DNA of 64,000 nucleotides, taken from the NCBI GenBank assembly GCA_963771175.1, contig CAVYSY010000027.1, positions 64,001 to 128,000 on the forward strand. The letters run 5' to 3'. The stretch's first letter is position 1. Every line of letters starts with the position of its first letter. This DNA is from an uncultured delta proteobacterium. GTDB taxonomy: Bacteria > Myxococcota > Myxococcia > Myxococcales > Myxococcaceae. A program made the position numbers and the translations under genes. The notes beneath the pieces were generated by a model. The model searched no databases. It saw nothing but the letters and a program-made list of their open reading frames with translations, and was not told the origin of the DNA. Below, piece after piece: positions 40,032 to 52,156 of the stretch.

Positions 40032-41622
40032 CTACATGTGCAGCGGGACTCGATTGGAGCCTCTTCGACCGGGGGTACATGGGGCCACCCGGGCAGGGGT
40101 CCCTTGCCCGCCTCCCGGGCGAGGTAGTCGGCGGCGATGTTCGCGCTCTCCATGATGGTGAGCAGCCCGCTGCCCGGGTGCGTGCCCCCGCCCACCCAGT
40201 AGAGCCCCTCGACGCTGCGGGCTCTTCACCTTCGGCCGCAGCGGCCCGAGCTGCAGCCAGGTGTGCGAGAGGTTGAAGACCGCCCCGCGGAAGACGTTGA
40301 AGTCGTCCCGCCACGTCTCCGCGGTGAAGTAGCGCTCGGCGCGGATGTGCTGGCGCACGCCCTTCAGCCCCACCTTCTCCAGCATGGCCGGAATCCGCTC
40401 GCGCAGCATGCGCTCCGTGGCGCGCCCAGTCCACCGGCCGCGAGGTGTTGGGCGTGGGCACCAGCACGTACAGCGTGGAGTGGCCCGTCGGGCGCCCCGC
40501 TCGGGTCCGTCACGCTCGGGTTGCAGACGTAGAAGGGCGGGTCGTCCAGGTCGACGCTGCGGTCCTCCAGCGCGCGCCGGTCCGTGCGCCGCGCGCTGCT
40601 CGGACAGGTAGATGAGGTGGTGCGGCAGCTCGTCGTAGACGCGGTCCAGCCCGAGGTAGACCATGAAGGTGCTGCACGAGTACTTCGCCTTCTCCAGCGC
40701 GCGCGTCGCGTCAGCCGCGTGCCCTGGCGCGCGCCTCGGGGGAACGAGCTTCTGGCGCCGCGTAGGGCAGGTCCGCGTTCACCACCACCGCGTCCGCCTC
40801 CAGCGCGCTCGCCGCTGGCCAGCCGCACGCCCGCCGCGCGCGCCGTCCTCCACCAGCACCTGCTCCACCGGCGCTCGCCCATGCGGAAGGTGGCGCCCAG
40901 GTCCTCCGCGCACTTCTTCATCCCCCGCGCCAGCGCCCGGAAGCCGCCCTCCACGTGCCACACCCCGAAGGCCAGCTCCAGGAACGGGATGACGCTGAAG
41001 ACGCAGGAGCAGGTGGTGGGGTGCAGCCCCAGGTACTTCGAGGGGTAGGCGAGCGCGTAGGTCATGCGGTCGTCGTGGAAGAAGCTCGTCCAGGTGCCGG
41101 TAGAGCGTCTGCCACGGCTTGAAGCGCAGCGTGGGCGAGCAGCCGCCAGGGCGCGTAGTAGCCGAGGCTCGCCGGCGTGCGTGGCGATGAACTTCTCGTA
41201 GGCGATGCGCGTACTTCTCCCGGCGCCTCCGCCAGCCAGCGGCGCAGCGCGCGCGGCCTTGTCCGGGCCGAACTTCGCCACCTCGCGCTCCATGCGCGCC
41301 GCGTCCCGCGAGGTGTCCAGGTGCGTGCCGTCCCAGAAGTGCACCCGGGTGTTCGGGTCCACGCGGCACCAGCGTCACGTAGTCCTCGAGCCGCTTGCCC
41401 GAGCGCTCGAAGATGCGCTCCAGCACCCCGGGCAGCTGGAGGATGGACGGCCCGGTGTCCAGCGCGTACTCGCCCTGCTCGCCCAGGGTGAGCCCCTTCA
41501 TGCGGCCGCCCGGGACCGGCGTCCTTCTCCACCACGGTGACCTTCAGGCCCAGCCCGGCGAGGTTGATGGCCGCGGCCAGGCCCCCGGGTCCCGCTCCCA
41601 CGACGATGACGTGACGTACCAT
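40032..41622 (-). CDS. crtI: CrtI-type phytoene desaturase family oxidoreductase (many frameshifts)
   Basis: FAD motif VIVVGAGPGG, GGRM, DTGPS, SKYLGLHP, GVWHVEGG, F[M]VYLG, FYVCNPS and GGGTHPGSGL across frames. Confidence 0.8.
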
Positions 41623-41722
41623 GACGGGCCTACGATGCCTGGGGCCGGCCTTCGTTTCAGCCTTTCCGCGCGGGGGCTGCCAGGGCGGTTGCTTGACGCA
41701 CCCGCCAGGATAGGGTCGCCTC

Positions 41723-42486
41723 ATGCCCGGAACGAGGCAGCGCCCCCAGTGTCTCCTGGTTTTACTGCTCGTCGGACTGGCATGCACGCCGCCCAGACCC
41801 GTCGAGGGCGTCTGGCGGCCTGGCCCCGGGGAGGACGCGGATTACATCCCAGGACCGATGAAGAACTTCGGGTCGTTCGACTCCTACCCGGACGCGCTCA
41901 AAGCGGCCTGCCCGTTGATTCTCTCCAAACCCAACGCCACCGTGGGCCACCTCCTGAACTTGGATCCAAAGCTCGCCGCACGAGCCGCAACCGAATATTG
42001 CGCCTGGCTCTATTACACGCCGGAGCACAAGTACGAGATGAGCATGCTGACGGACTTGTCAAAGCCGGATGATCTCGTGACCAACAAGCGAACCTGTATG
42101 CTTCCCACGTTCGTGAGCGACCCACGCTACGAGCGAGGCGAACTCAAGTACATCTTCGCTCTCCACAACCATCCCTTCGGCAGGCCCCTCTCCACGATCG
42201 ACTATCGGTTCATCGAGGAATTGGCCCGTCATCACGACTGGGAAGTCGAGACAACGGCGGGCAAGCTCCGGCTCGCGGTCATCGCTTTCTTCTCAAACTC
42301 GAGGACCCCGCGGCGCCCACCTGCGATGGCTTCTATCAATATGTTCCAGCCACACACGAGGTCATGACATGGGTCCAGACGCAGGGCCAATGGAAAAGGA
42401 CCCTGCACAAAGTTCTCAGATGGCTCGATGACGGGACCTACCGCCTCGAAAACATCCAGGAAGACTCCGGCCAGAATCCAGATTGA
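41723..42486 (+). CDS. Lipoprotein with JAB/JAMM(MPN)-like metal-binding motif; frameshift near 42300
   Basis: Lipobox GLAC; EYCAW and ALHNHPFGRPLSTID (HxH-x6-S-x2-D); the +1 frame from 42301 (EDPAAPTCDGFYQY...) runs to TGA 42484-42486. Confidence 0.65.
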
Positions 42487-42495
42487 GGATGTTTC

Positions 42496-43350
42496 ATGAC
42501 AACGAGAAAGCTGATTTTCGTCATTATCCTCGCCCTTGCCAGCTGCGCACGAACGTGGGAGCCCTTCTCAACGCGACCGGAGCAGGACAGATCGGTCATC
42601 TTTCCGCTGTCCGTCGGCGGGGGTCTCGTCGAAATCAACGCCCAGGAGAAGACGTATGAATTGGACGGAGAGGTGCTGCGTGCGCTGATGATTGTCTCCA
42701 ATGACCTCTTCCCTCCGGATACGTCCAAGCTGGACCTGTCGTGCAGGGCCAGACAACAGGCACATACGTTCCGGTTCACCCGTCGGGGAGATGTCATCTT
42801 CGTCTACGTCAACGAAAATCCCGCCTACTGCGGCCGCACGGTGCCCGCCATGGATTCAGGCGCGAAATACGCGATCAGCAAGGATGGCCGTATCCTCCGG
42901 CGTGTTCTCGATGCGATTGATGAGGATGATCACATCTGGAGCCTGAAGACACCCGATGGTGGGACGGTGACCGTGGTCACGGAATCGGAGGACATTCCCG
43001 ACCAGGAGGACCTGGAGAAGCCTGACAGCGGGATTCTGAAAATCGTCACGGAGCCAGTGAACATGCCCGGTGTGATGGTCTTCGAACCAACCCCGGGTTT
43101 CAAACCAGTCGAAGAGGGACCGGGAAACCTTCTTGGCAGCTCGATGTTTCCATTTGATCCCGAGGGCAGATGGCAATGGCGGAACGGCAAGCGCGTCGCC
43201 GTGACCCAGGAGCCCCCACCGGCTCCCGCCTCGGACCTGGATGGAGGCACCTCCGACGCGGGCTGGGATGGCGGAGTTCCTGGAGCCGCCGGGCCAGGGA
43301 GCCTCAGTGCACCCCCGCCCCCAATGGACGCCGGGGCAACCGCACCGTGA
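42496..43350 (+). CDS. Hypothetical lipoprotein coupled to the JAB-like gene
   Basis: [25 protein letters not shown] lipobox; 9 nt downstream of the upstream stop; acidic, DAG-rich tail. Confidence 0.75.
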   Translation: MTTRKLIFVIILALASCARTWEPFSTRPEQDRSVIFPLSVGGGLVEINAQEKTYELDGEVLRALMIVSNDLFPPDTSKLDLSCRARQQAHTFRFTRRGDVIFVYVNENPAYCGRTVPAMDSGAKYAISKDGRILRRVLDAIDEDDHIWSLKTPDGGTVTVVTESEDIPDQEDLEKPDSGILKIVTEPVNMPGVMVFEPTPGFKPVEEGPGNLLGSSMFPFDPEGRWQWRNGKRVAVTQEPPPAPASDLDGGTSDAGWDGGVPGAAGPGSLSAPPPPMDAGATAP

Positions 43351-44587
43351 AGGTAGTGCCCTCCTCCGCGGTGGAGCGCACCGAGATGGTGCCCCCGTGC
43401 GCCCGGACGATCTGCTCGACATGGAAGGGCTCGAAGATGGACGCGAGCCGCGCGGGCGAGAATGGGCTCCCCCTCGTTGTGCACCTCCAGCAGTAGGGAC
43501 GACTCCCCCTCGTCCTGGAGCGTGAAGCGCACCCGCGTCTCCTCGGGGCTGTAGTCCAGCGCGTTCTTCCCCAGGTTGATGAGCAGTTGGGACAGCCGGT
43601 CCGGGTCCCACTCGCCCTGGAGGTTCCCCTCCACCTTCAGCACCACCTCCCGCCCGGGGCGTCCCGCCTCCAGTTCCTCCACCACCTCCCGGCAGAGCGC
43701 GCCCAGGTCCACCGAACGGACACTGATGGGGATGCCTCCCCCCAGCCGCCCCCTCGCGAAGTCGAGCAGGTCCGAGACCATCCGCGTCATGCGCTCGGCG
43801 CTCGTGACGATGCGGCGCACGCTCGTCAAATAGCGCTCGCCCAGGTCGTCCGAACGCAGCAGCGCGTGGGCCGACAGCAGGATGGCGTTGAGCGGATTGC
43901 GCAGGTCATGCGAGACGATGCTGCGGTGCGCGACTCCTGCTCGCGCAGCAGTGTCAGCGCCCCCTCTGCCTCCTCCTTCGCCTGGCGCTCGCGAGCCGCC
44001 AGTTGCGCCTGGACGATGAGGGCGGTGGCCCGGCCCATCATGGAGTGGAAGAGCAGCACGTCCTCTCCGGAGAACTCGAAGGCGCTGCGGCTGCCCATGA
44101 GCGCCACCCCGAGCGCCTGGAAGGTGCGCTCGCGCGAGCGGGCATGGCGGGCGATGGCGGCGACCATCAACTCGTCGAAGGCCTGGTTGAAGCGCTCCAC
44201 CTCCCACAGCGCCACGGACAGCTCTCCGGGGTAGGTGCGCTCAACGTGCTCGCCGTACAGCCGCAGGATGCTGGTACGCAGGGCGGAGTACTCGTTGGAC
44301 ACCTCCTCCAGGTCGAACCCCAGGTCCAGCCGCTCCAGCCCGTGGAGCTCCGGCGTCTCCGCCTCCTCCCGTCGCGCTCCCTGGTGGAACCCCTCCACCC
44401 GCTCCGCCACCCGCTCGAGCAGGACGGGCAGGTGGCTGACGAGCCGGGGATTGGGCAGGCCCTGGAGGGAGGGCAGCAGGCGCACCGCTCGCTCCCATTG
44501 CTCCTGGATGCGCGCGTGGTGTCCCCGGATGAAGTCGTGAAGGTGCAGGAGATCTCGCACCTCCAGCGGTGGCTCATGCTCCGCCAT
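43330..44587 (-). pseudogene. Degraded sensor histidine kinase (RsbRD_N-like input, partial GAF, HisKA, HATPase lacking the G2 box)
   Basis: HDFIR...I.EQWE N-terminus, IVSHDLRNPL and N-box NLGKNA; IFEPF joins directly to [11 protein letters not shown] with no GxGLGL; frameshifts also present. Confidence 0.72.
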
Positions 44588-44749
44588 GCCCTGAAGATGG
44601 AGCCGCCCCCGCCATGCGCACCACGGCCGAGAGCGTCCCCTCCAACCCAGGCGCGTGAAGTCCACCACTTGTCAGCCTCCTCCGCTGCCCCACACGCGGG
44701 CGGCCACGGCAAGCGACTCGCGCCTAGACTGCGCACGATTGGGGGACCC

Positions 44750-45229
44750 ATGGTGATGTCCACGGCTCGCGAGGTCCTTCTCTTCACACTGGAGGGGCAC
44801 CGCTATGCGCTGCCCACGGAGGACGTGCGCGAGCTGGTGCGGGCCGTGCGCCTCACCCCCCTGCCCCGGGCGCCCGCCGTGGTGGAGGGGCTGCTGGACC
44901 TGCGCGGAGAGCTCCTCCCCGTGCTGGACATGCGTCGCCGCTTCCGCCTGCCCGCACGCCCGCTCGCTTCCTCGGACCACCTCGTGGTGGCGCAGGCCGG
45001 GCCCCGCCGCGTCGCGCTGCGGGTGGACCGCGCCGAGGGCCTGCTCACCCTGGAGCCGGGCCAGCTCGATGAGTCGCCCCGGGAGCTGCCGGGCGTGGGC
45101 TACGTCGCCGGTGCCCTCAAGCTGCCCGACGGGCTGGTGCTCCTCCATGACCTGCGCACCTTCCTCTCCGAGGCGGAGGGGCTCGCATTGGAGGAGGCGC
45201 TCGCGGAGCAGGAAGGAGCCTCGCGGTGA
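44750..45229 (+). CDS. cheW: CheW-like coupling protein
   Basis: LLFTL...YAL...VRELV, PLPRAP..VEGLLDLRGELLPVLD. Confidence 0.9.
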   Translation: MVMSTAREVLLFTLEGHRYALPTEDVRELVRAVRLTPLPRAPAVVEGLLDLRGELLPVLDMRRRFRLPARPLASSDHLVVAQAGPRRVALRVDRAEGLLTLEPGQLDESPRELPGVGYVAGALKLPDGLVLLHDLRTFLSEAEGLALEEALAEQEGASR

Positions 45230-46675
45230 TGGACGGCACCCGCTCCTGGCTCCACCCCGGCTACGTCGCGGTCATCGACCTCGTCGCCGCGCGCGCCGGC
45301 CTCTTGCCTCCGAGCTATCCACCGGCCGCCATGGAGGGCATCGACCGGGCCATGGCCCGCGCCGGCCTGCCCGCCGACTTCGACGCCTACCTCGCGCGGC
45401 TCGAGGCGGACCCCTCGGCCCTGGATGACCTGCTGGTGGAGCTCACCATCGGGGAGACGTACTTCTTCCGCAACCCGGAGCACTTCGACTTCGTGCGCCA
45501 CGAGGTGCTCGCGGACCTCGCCCGGCGCCGGGGCCCCAGGCACGTGGTGCGCGCGTGGAGCGCCGGCTGCGCCTCGGGCGAGGAGCCCTACTCGCTCGCG
45601 GTGCTCCTGCTGGAGGAGGGGTACGGAGACCGGATGGAGGTGTGGGGCACGGACGTGTCTCGCGCCGCCCTCGCCCGCTCCCGGGTGGCCAGCTATGGCG
45701 AGTGGTCCCTGCGTGGCCCCCAGGCGCACCGCATGCGGCCCTTCCTGCGCCAGGAAGGCAAGCGCTACTCCCTCGCTCCCGAGGTGCGCGACCGCGTCCG
45801 GTTCGGCTACCTCAACCTCGCCGAGGACTCCTGGCCGTCCGCCACCTCCGGCATCTGGGGCATGGACATCATCTTCTGCCGCAACGTCCTCATCTACTTC
45901 AACCGCCCCACCATCGAGGCCGTGGCCCGGCGGCTCCACGCCGCCCTCGCCGACGGGGGCTTCCTCATCCCCGGACCCTCGGACCCCTCGCTCATCGGGC
46001 TCGCACACTTCGAGGCGGTCCCCACCGACTGGGGCGTCGTCTACCGCCGGCCCGTCGCGGGCGACACCGCGAGGCCCACGCCCCGCCGCCCCGACACGCC
46101 CTCGCGGTTTCCCGCCACTCCGCCGCCTGCCTCCTGCTCCGCCCGCGCCCGGACCTCCCCCCGAGGCCTCCGCCGGACCCGATGGGCTGGAGGGCGCGAG
46201 GCGGGCCCTCTCCCGCGGGGACTGGCGCGAGGCGGCGCAACAGGCCGGAGCGCTCCAGGGAGACCCGGGGGCCGCGGCCATGGCGGTGCGCGCCCTGGCC
46301 AACCTCGACGCCCAGGCCGCCGTGCGCGCCTGCGCCGAGGCCATCGTGCGCCACCCGCTGACCGTGGAGCTGCGCTACCTCGAGGCCCTGCTGCTCATGG
46401 GCCTCGGCCGGCTGGCGGAGTCCGAGCGCGCCGCGCGCCAGGCCCTCTACCTCGAGCCCACCCTGGCCGTGGCCCACCTCATGCTCGGCCACATCCTCCG
46501 GCGTCAGGGTGACACAGCGGGTGCCCTGCGCGCCTTCCGCACCGCCGAGTCGCTGTGCGCCACGCTGCCCGAGGACGCGCCGGTCCCCCTGGCCGACGGA
46601 GATGTCGCCAGCCGGCTGGTGGAGGTGGCCCGTGCGGAGCGCACCCGGTTGGAAGCCCATGAGGAGTCGCACTGA
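45226..46675 (+). CDS. cheR: CheR methyltransferase with C-terminal TPR (WspC/FrzF-like); frameshift near 46115
   Basis: ETYFFR, WSAGCASGEEPYS and DIIFCRNVLIYF; TPR RQALYLEP...AHLMLG in ORF 45425-46675. Confidence 0.88.
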
Positions 46676-47304
46676 TGGCGCGAGGCGATGACGCGAAGGA
46701 CGGCGGGTTGGACTGGGCCGCGGCCTATCGGAAGCTGGCCCGACTCGCCGCCGCCACCGAGACCTCCACCACCTCCCCCCCCGAGGAGGAGGAGGCCCTG
46801 CTCGCCGAGCGAGCGCGCGCACTGGCACGTCCCCTCTCCCGGGAGACCCAGAGCGGCCCCCTGCTGGAGCTGGTGCACTTCCGCTCCGGCGCGCAGGACT
46901 ACGCGCTGGAGACGCGCTTCGTGCTGCAGGTGCTGCGCGCCCCGGAGCAGCTCGTGCCCCTGCCCGGCGCGCCGGAGGTGCTGCGCGGCCTCACCCTGCT
47001 GCACGGCGAGGTGCTGGCGGTGGTGGAGCTCGCGCCCCTCTTCGGGCGGGCCGCTCCCACCACCCACGGGCCCGTGCTGGTGGTGGGCTCGGACCGGCCG
47101 GAGCTGGGCCTGCGCGCCGACGTGGTGGAGGAGGTGCGCCTCGTGGCGCGCGACTCGCTCCTGCCCGCCCCCGCCGCGCTCGGTAGCCGGGAGCGCTCGC
47201 TCGTGTCCGGCATCAGCCGCGACGGAATCACCGTGCTGGAGGGAGAGGCCCTGCTGGGAGAGGGTCGCCTCTTCTTCGACATCTCCGAGGAAAGGACCTC
47301 ATGA
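46675..47304 (+). CDS. cheW: CheW-like protein with N-terminal extension (WspD-like)
   Basis: [11 protein letters not shown]-terminal helix; [18 protein letters not shown]. Confidence 0.85.
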   Translation: MARGDDAKDGGLDWAAAYRKLARLAAATETSTTSPPEEEEALLAERARALARPLSRETQSGPLLELVHFRSGAQDYALETRFVLQVLRAPEQLVPLPGAPEVLRGLTLLHGEVLAVVELAPLFGRAAPTTHGPVLVVGSDRPELGLRADVVEEVRLVARDSLLPAPAALGSRERSLVSGISRDGITVLEGEALLGEGRLFFDISEERTS

Positions 47305-48950
47305 GCATCGGGAAGAAGATCGCCCTTGGCTTCGGACTGTCCCTGCTGGTGCTGCTCGCCGTGGCCCTGGTGTCCTTCCAGGGCGCGCAGCAGCTCACCG
47401 CCACCGCCCAGAACCTCGTGGAGAGCCGCGACCAGGGTCGTGCCATGCGCGAGGTGCGGGCGCTGCTCGTGGATGCCGAGACGGGCCAGCGCGGCTTCCT
47501 CGTCACTGGCGAGGAGCGCTACCTGCAGCCCTACGAGCGAGCCATCCAGCAGGTCAACTCATCGCTCGACACCCTGCGCCAGCATCTGGGCGACGAGCCC
47601 GAGCAGCTCACCCGGCTGGCCCGCCTCGAGCCCCTCATCCGCGACAGGCTCGAGGAGCTGAACACGATCATCCGCCTCCGGAGGGAGCAGGGCCCGCGGG
47701 CGGCGGTGGCCCGCATCCAGGAGGAGCGGGGCCAGCAGCTCATGGAGCAGATCCGCCAGGTGCTCGGCGAAATGCTGGAGGTGGAGAACCGGAACTGGAA
47801 CCAATTCGATCAGGAAGCCCGGGCCAGCGCCCGGCACACCCTGGTGGTGCTGGGCCTGGGCACGCTGCTGGGCTTCCTCGTCGTCGGCCTGGGCAGCTAT
47901 CTCATTACCCGCAGCATCACCGGCCCCCTGGACAAGCTCGTGACGGGGGCCGAGCAGATCGGCCGCGGCAACTTCGAGCACCGCATCGACGTGCACAACC
48001 AGGACGAGACGGGCGAGCTGGCGCGCGCCTTCAACGCCATGACCGAGCGCCGCCAGCATGCCGAGGCCCAGCTCGCGAAGCAGGCCCAGGAGCGCGAGCA
48101 CACCCTGCGGACGGTGGCCGAGTTCGTCAACCAGCTCGCCGGCACCACCGCCGAAATCCTCGCCAGCACCACCGAGCAGGTGGCCGGCGCCCAGGAGCAG
48201 GGCAGCGCGGTGAGCGAGACGGTGAGCACCATCGAGGAGATCGCCCAGACGTCCGAGGAGGCCGCGGGCCGCGCCCGCGCGGTGAGCGAGACGGCGCGCC
48301 ACTCCGAGGAGGTGGGAAAGAGCGGCCGGCGCGCGGTGGACGAGGCCATCGCCGCCATGGCCAACGTGCGCGAGCAGGTGGAGTCCATCGCCTCGCGCAT
48401 CCTCTCCCTGGCCGAGCAGGCCCAGGCCATCGGCGACATCATCACCACCGTCAACGACATCTCCGAGCAGACGCACATGCTGGCCCTCAACGCCTCCATC
48501 GAGGCCAGCCGCGCCGGAGAGCACGGCCGGGGCTTCGCCGTGGTGGCCGCCGAGGTGAAGGCCCTGGCGGACCAGTCCAAGAAGGCCACCGGTCAGGTGC
48601 GGCAGATTCTCGGTCAAATCCAGAAGGCCACCCAGGGCGCGGTGATGGCCACCGAGGAGGGCACCAAGAGCGTGGCCGCCGCCACCAAGGTGGTGACGCA
48701 GGGGGGCGCCACCATCCAGGCGCTCGGAGACCTGCTGGGCCAGGCCTCGCTCACCGCGTCGCAGATTTCGGCCTCCGCCAGCCAGCAGGCCACCGGCATC
48801 AGCCAGATACGGCAGGCCATGCGCGACGTGAACCAGGCCACCCAGCAGTCGCTCACCAGCACCCGGCAGACGGAGCGCGCGGTGCAGGACCTCAACATCA
48901 TGGGCCAGAAGCTCAAGGGCCTGCTGAGCGAGTACAGGCGCACCGCATGA
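47301..48950 (+). CDS. Methyl-accepting chemotaxis protein (TM-CHASE3-TM-HAMP-MA)
   Basis: CHASE3 [34 protein letters not shown]; tip [23 protein letters not shown]. Confidence 0.93.
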   Translation: MSIGKKIALGFGLSLLVLLAVALVSFQGAQQLTATAQNLVESRDQGRAMREVRALLVDAETGQRGFLVTGEERYLQPYERAIQQVNSSLDTLRQHLGDEPEQLTRLARLEPLIRDRLEELNTIIRLRREQGPRAAVARIQEERGQQLMEQIRQVLGEMLEVENRNWNQFDQEARASARHTLVVLGLGTLLGFLVVGLGSYLITRSITGPLDKLVTGAEQIGRGNFEHRIDVHNQDETGELARAFNAMTERRQHAEAQLAKQAQEREHTLRTVAEFVNQLAGTTAEILASTTEQVAGAQEQGSAVSETVSTIEEIAQTSEEAAGRARAVSETARHSEEVGKSGRRAVDEAIAAMANVREQVESIASRILSLAEQAQAIGDIITTVNDISEQTHMLALNASIEASRAGEHGRGFAVVAAEVKALADQSKKATGQVRQILGQIQKATQGAVMATEEGTKSVAAATKVVTQGGATIQALGDLLGQASLTASQISASASQQATGISQIRQAMRDVNQATQQSLTSTRQTERAVQDLNIMGQKLKGLLSEYRRTA

Positions 48951-51067
48951 CGATGGACCGGGACAGGCTCGCCCAGACGCTGATGGCGACGTTCCTCGAG
49001 GAGCTCGAGGAGCACGTGGCCGCGCTCAACCGGGACCTGCTCGCCCTGGAGAAGGCCCCCTCCCCCGCGCGCTCCGACGAGCTGATGACCTCGCTGCTGC
49101 GCACGGTGCACAGCGTGAAGGGCGCCTCGCGCGCGGTGAGCGAGAGCATCATCGAGACGGCCTGCCACTGGTTGGAGGAGGTGCTGCTCGCGGTGCGGCG
49201 TGATGGGGGCACCCGCCCGGACTTGATGGAGCTGTGCTTCACCACCGCGGACGCGCTGGACGACGCGGGACGGCGACTGGCGCAGAAGCAGGACCTGACG
49301 GGCTCGCCGCTGGAGGCCCTGGTGCCCCGGCTGGCGGAGGCGGCACGCGCCCCCGAGCCGCGGGCCCCACGCGCGGAGCCCCCACGACCCCCGGAGCCCC
49401 CGGTGGAGGCGCCCGCGCCCGGCACGGAGGGGCTGCCCGTGCGCGTGTCCGCCCAGAAGCTGGACGCCCTGCTGACCCGCAGCGGCGAGCTTCGCGTAGC
49501 GGGCCTTCGGATGGAGGGACGCGCTGGAGGTGCTGGAGGCGATGCGCGAGGAATTGCACCAGCTCCGCCTCCGGCTGCGGGGCGCGGACGAGGTGACGGC
49601 ACGGCGGCTGGAGACGCGGCTGGCGCAGCTCGGCCGGACGCTCGCCGCGGATCAGCGCACGCTGCTGCAGACCACGAGCGGCCTGGACGACGAGGTGCGG
49701 CGCGCGCGCACCCTGCCCTTCGCCGAGGCGTGCGCGGGGCTGGAGCGCAACGCCCGGGACCTGGCACGCGCGGCGGGCAAGCAGGTGCGGCTGGAGGTGC
49801 ACGGCGGCACGCTGGAGCTGGACCGCTCGCTGCTGCAGGGCCTGCGCGAGCCGCTGCTGCACCTGGTGCGCAACGCGGTGGCGCACGGGGTGGAGACACC
49901 GGAGGCGCGGCGCGAGGCGGGCAAGCCCGAGGAGGGCCGGGTGACGCTGACGGCGCGGCTGCGCGGAGGCCGGGTGGAGGTGGTGGTGGAGGACGACGGG
50001 CGGGGGCTGGACCTCGGCGCCATCCGCGCGCGGGCGCGCGAGCGGGGCCTGCCGGTGCAGGAGGACACGGGGGACGCGCGCCACATCTTCCTGTCCGGCC
50101 TGTCCACGGCGGAGTCGGTGACGGAGGTGTCCGGCCGCGGGGTGGGGCTGGACGTGGTGCGCTCGCAGGTGGAGGCACTGCGGGGCAGCGTGGACGTGTT
50201 CTTCCAACCGGGCCAGGGCACGCGCTTCGTCCTGGGCGTGCCCCTCACGCTCAGCACGCTGCGGGTGCTGCTGGTGACGGCGGGCGGGCAGTTCTTCGCG
50301 GTGGCCGGGGAGAGCGTGGCGCGCCTGCTGCGCCTGGAGCCCGCGGACGTGCGGGTGGTGGAGGGCCAGCAGATGTGGGCCGCCCCCGGGCCCTGGTGCC
50401 GCTGACCTCACTGGCGACGGTGCTCGGCCTGCCCTCGGGGGCGCCGCGCCCGCGCCCCGGCGCCATGGTGCTGGCCTCGGGCGAGCTGCGCGCCGTGCTG
50501 GTGGTGGACGAGGTGGTGGCCGAGCAGGAGGTGCTCATCCGCGGCCTCGGCCCCCGCATCCGCCGCGCGCGCCACGTCTCGGGCATGGCGGTGCTGCCCG
50601 ACGGGCGCATGGCCCCGCTGCTCAATGCCCACTCGCTCGTGCGCGCCGCCGAGGGCCGCACCGCTCCCGTCGGCCTCTTCCCCACGCCCCTCGAGAAGAA
50701 GGCCCGCAAGCGCGTCCTGCTCGTCGACGACTCGATGACCACCCGCACCCTGGAGCAGAGCATCCTCGAGGCGGCCGGCTATGACGTGCTGGCGTGCGTG
50801 GACGGGCAGGAGGCCTGGGAGCGGCTGCAGGCGGAGGGGGCCGACGCCGTCGTCTCGGACGTGGAGATGCCGCGCATGGATGGCTTCTCCCTCACCGAGG
50901 CGGTGCGAGGCTCGCCGCGCTTCGGCCGCCTGCCCGTGGTGCTCGTCACCGCGCGCTCCCGGCCCGAGGACAAGGCGCGCGGCCTCCAGGTGGGGGCCAG
51001 TGCCTACCTGGTGAAGAGCGCTTTCGACCAGACCCACCTGCTGGAAACCCTGAGGCAGCTCCTATGA
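48947..51067 (+). CDS. cheA: CheA-receiver hybrid kinase (WspE/FrzE-like); frameshifts near 49525 and 50385
   Basis: Hpt [28 protein letters not shown]; CheW-like domain; C-terminal receiver LLVDDS...DVEMPRMDG. Confidence 0.9.
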   Translation: MTMDRDRLAQTLMATFLEELEEHVAALNRDLLALEKAPSPARSDELMTSLLRTVHSVKGASRAVSESIIETACHWLEEVLLAVRRDGGTRPDLMELCFTTADALDDAGRRLAQKQDLTGSPLEALVPRLAEAARAPEPRAPRAEPPRPPEPPVEAPAPGTEGLPVRVSAQKLDALLTRSGELRVAGLRMEGRAGGAGGDARGIAPAPPPAAGRGRGDGTAAGDAAGAARPDARRGSAHAAADHERPGRRGAARAHPALRRGVRGAGAQRPGPGTRGGQAGAAGGARRHAGAGPLAAAGPARAAAAPGAQRGGARGGDTGGAARGGQARGGPGDADGAAARRPGGGGGGGRRAGAGPRRHPRAGARAGPAGAGGHGGRAPHLPVRPVHGGVGDGGVRPRGGAGRGALAGGGTAGQRGRVLPTGPGHALRPGRAPHAQHAAGAAGDGGRAVLRGGRGERGAPAAPGARGRAGGGGPADVGRPRALVPLTSLATVLGLPSGAPRPRPGAMVLASGELRAVLVVDEVVAEQEVLIRGLGPRIRRARHVSGMAVLPDGRMAPLLNAHSLVRAAEGRTAPVGLFPTPLEKKARKRVLLVDDSMTTRTLEQSILEAAGYDVLACVDGQEAWERLQAEGADAVVSDVEMPRMDGFSLTEAVRGSPRFGRLPVVLVTARSRPEDKARGLQVGASAYLVKSAFDQTHLLETLRQLL

Positions 51068-52122
51068 AGCCCGACAAGCTCCGTGTCCTCGTCGCCGAGG
51101 ACTCCCCCACCGCCCGCCGCCTGCTGGTGGAAATCCTCCGGGCCGACCCCGCCTTCGAGGTGGTGGGCGAGGCCAGGGACGGCGTGGAGGCGCTGGAGCT
51201 CACGCGTCGCCTGCGGCCCCACCTCGTCACCATGGACATCCAGATGCCGAACATGGATGGCCTGGAGGCCACCCGGCGCATCATGACGGAGGTGCCCACG
51301 CCCGTGGTGGTGGTGTCCACGCTGGTGGAGCACGACATCCAGACGTCCATGGCCGCGCTGAAGGCCGGGGCGCTGGCGGTGCTGCAGAAGCTGGTGGGCC
51401 CGCACGCGCCGGACTTCGAGCTCGAGGCCCGTCGGCTGCGCGACACGGTGAAGGCCATGGCCGAGGTGAAGGTCATCCGCCACTGGCCCGCGCATGAGGC
51501 GGCCCCCGTGCCGCGGCCTCCCACGGTGCAGGCGCGCCGGGTACGACCGGGGGTGCTCGCCATCGCCGCCTCCACCGGCGGCCCCGCGGCGCTGCACCGC
51601 ATCCTCTCGCAACTGCCCGCCTCCTTCCCGCTGCCCATCCTCGTGGTGCAGCACATCGCCCTGGGCTTCGCCACCGGACTGGCCTCGTGGCTGGACAGCG
51701 TGTGCCCCCTGGCGGTGAAGGTGGCCGAGGACGGCGAGGCCCTGCGTCCGGGCATCGTCTACATCGCTCCGGATGACCGGCACCTCGGCGTGCGGGCGGA
51801 CAGGCGCGTGGAGGTGTCGAATGCCGCCCCGGTGGGGGGCTTCCGGCCCTCGGGCACGTGGCTCTACCGCTCGGCCGCCCAGGTCTTCGGGGCCGCCACG
51901 GCCGCCGCCGTCCTCACGGGGATGGGACAGGACGGGCTGGACGGTTTGCGGGAGGTACATGAAGCCGGGGGCCAGGTCCTGGCGCAGGACGAGGCCACCT
52001 CGGTCGTCTACGGGATGCCGGGCGTGGCGGTGGCGGCGGGCGTGGCCGACGAGGTGCTGGCCCTGGATGACTTTCCCCTACGCTTCCGTGAGCTCGCTGG
52101 CCTGAAGACCGGGGGAGCGTGA
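51064..52122 (+). CDS. cheB: CheB methylesterase with receiver domain
   Basis: REC (AEDS, MDIQMP); esterase ASTGGP, VQHI, RPS and LTGMGQDG. Confidence 0.93.
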   Translation: MKPDKLRVLVAEDSPTARRLLVEILRADPAFEVVGEARDGVEALELTRRLRPHLVTMDIQMPNMDGLEATRRIMTEVPTPVVVVSTLVEHDIQTSMAALKAGALAVLQKLVGPHAPDFELEARRLRDTVKAMAEVKVIRHWPAHEAAPVPRPPTVQARRVRPGVLAIAASTGGPAALHRILSQLPASFPLPILVVQHIALGFATGLASWLDSVCPLAVKVAEDGEALRPGIVYIAPDDRHLGVRADRRVEVSNAAPVGGFRPSGTWLYRSAAQVFGAATAAAVLTGMGQDGLDGLREVHEAGGQVLAQDEATSVVYGMPGVAVAAGVADEVLALDDFPLRFRELAGLKTGGA

Positions 52123-52156
52123 TGAGGAGTCCGTTCCCGTGCGTTGCGGCGTCAGC

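Noticed and set aside
7475..41622. Isoprenoid cluster (terpene synthase, ABA4-like gene, crtI)
   Set aside because: The genes are 14-17 kb apart with unrelated genes between them; there is no operon link.
46688..51067. 1459-aa ORF
   Set aside because: It is an off-frame read-through of cheW/mcp joined to in-frame pieces of the frameshifted cheA.
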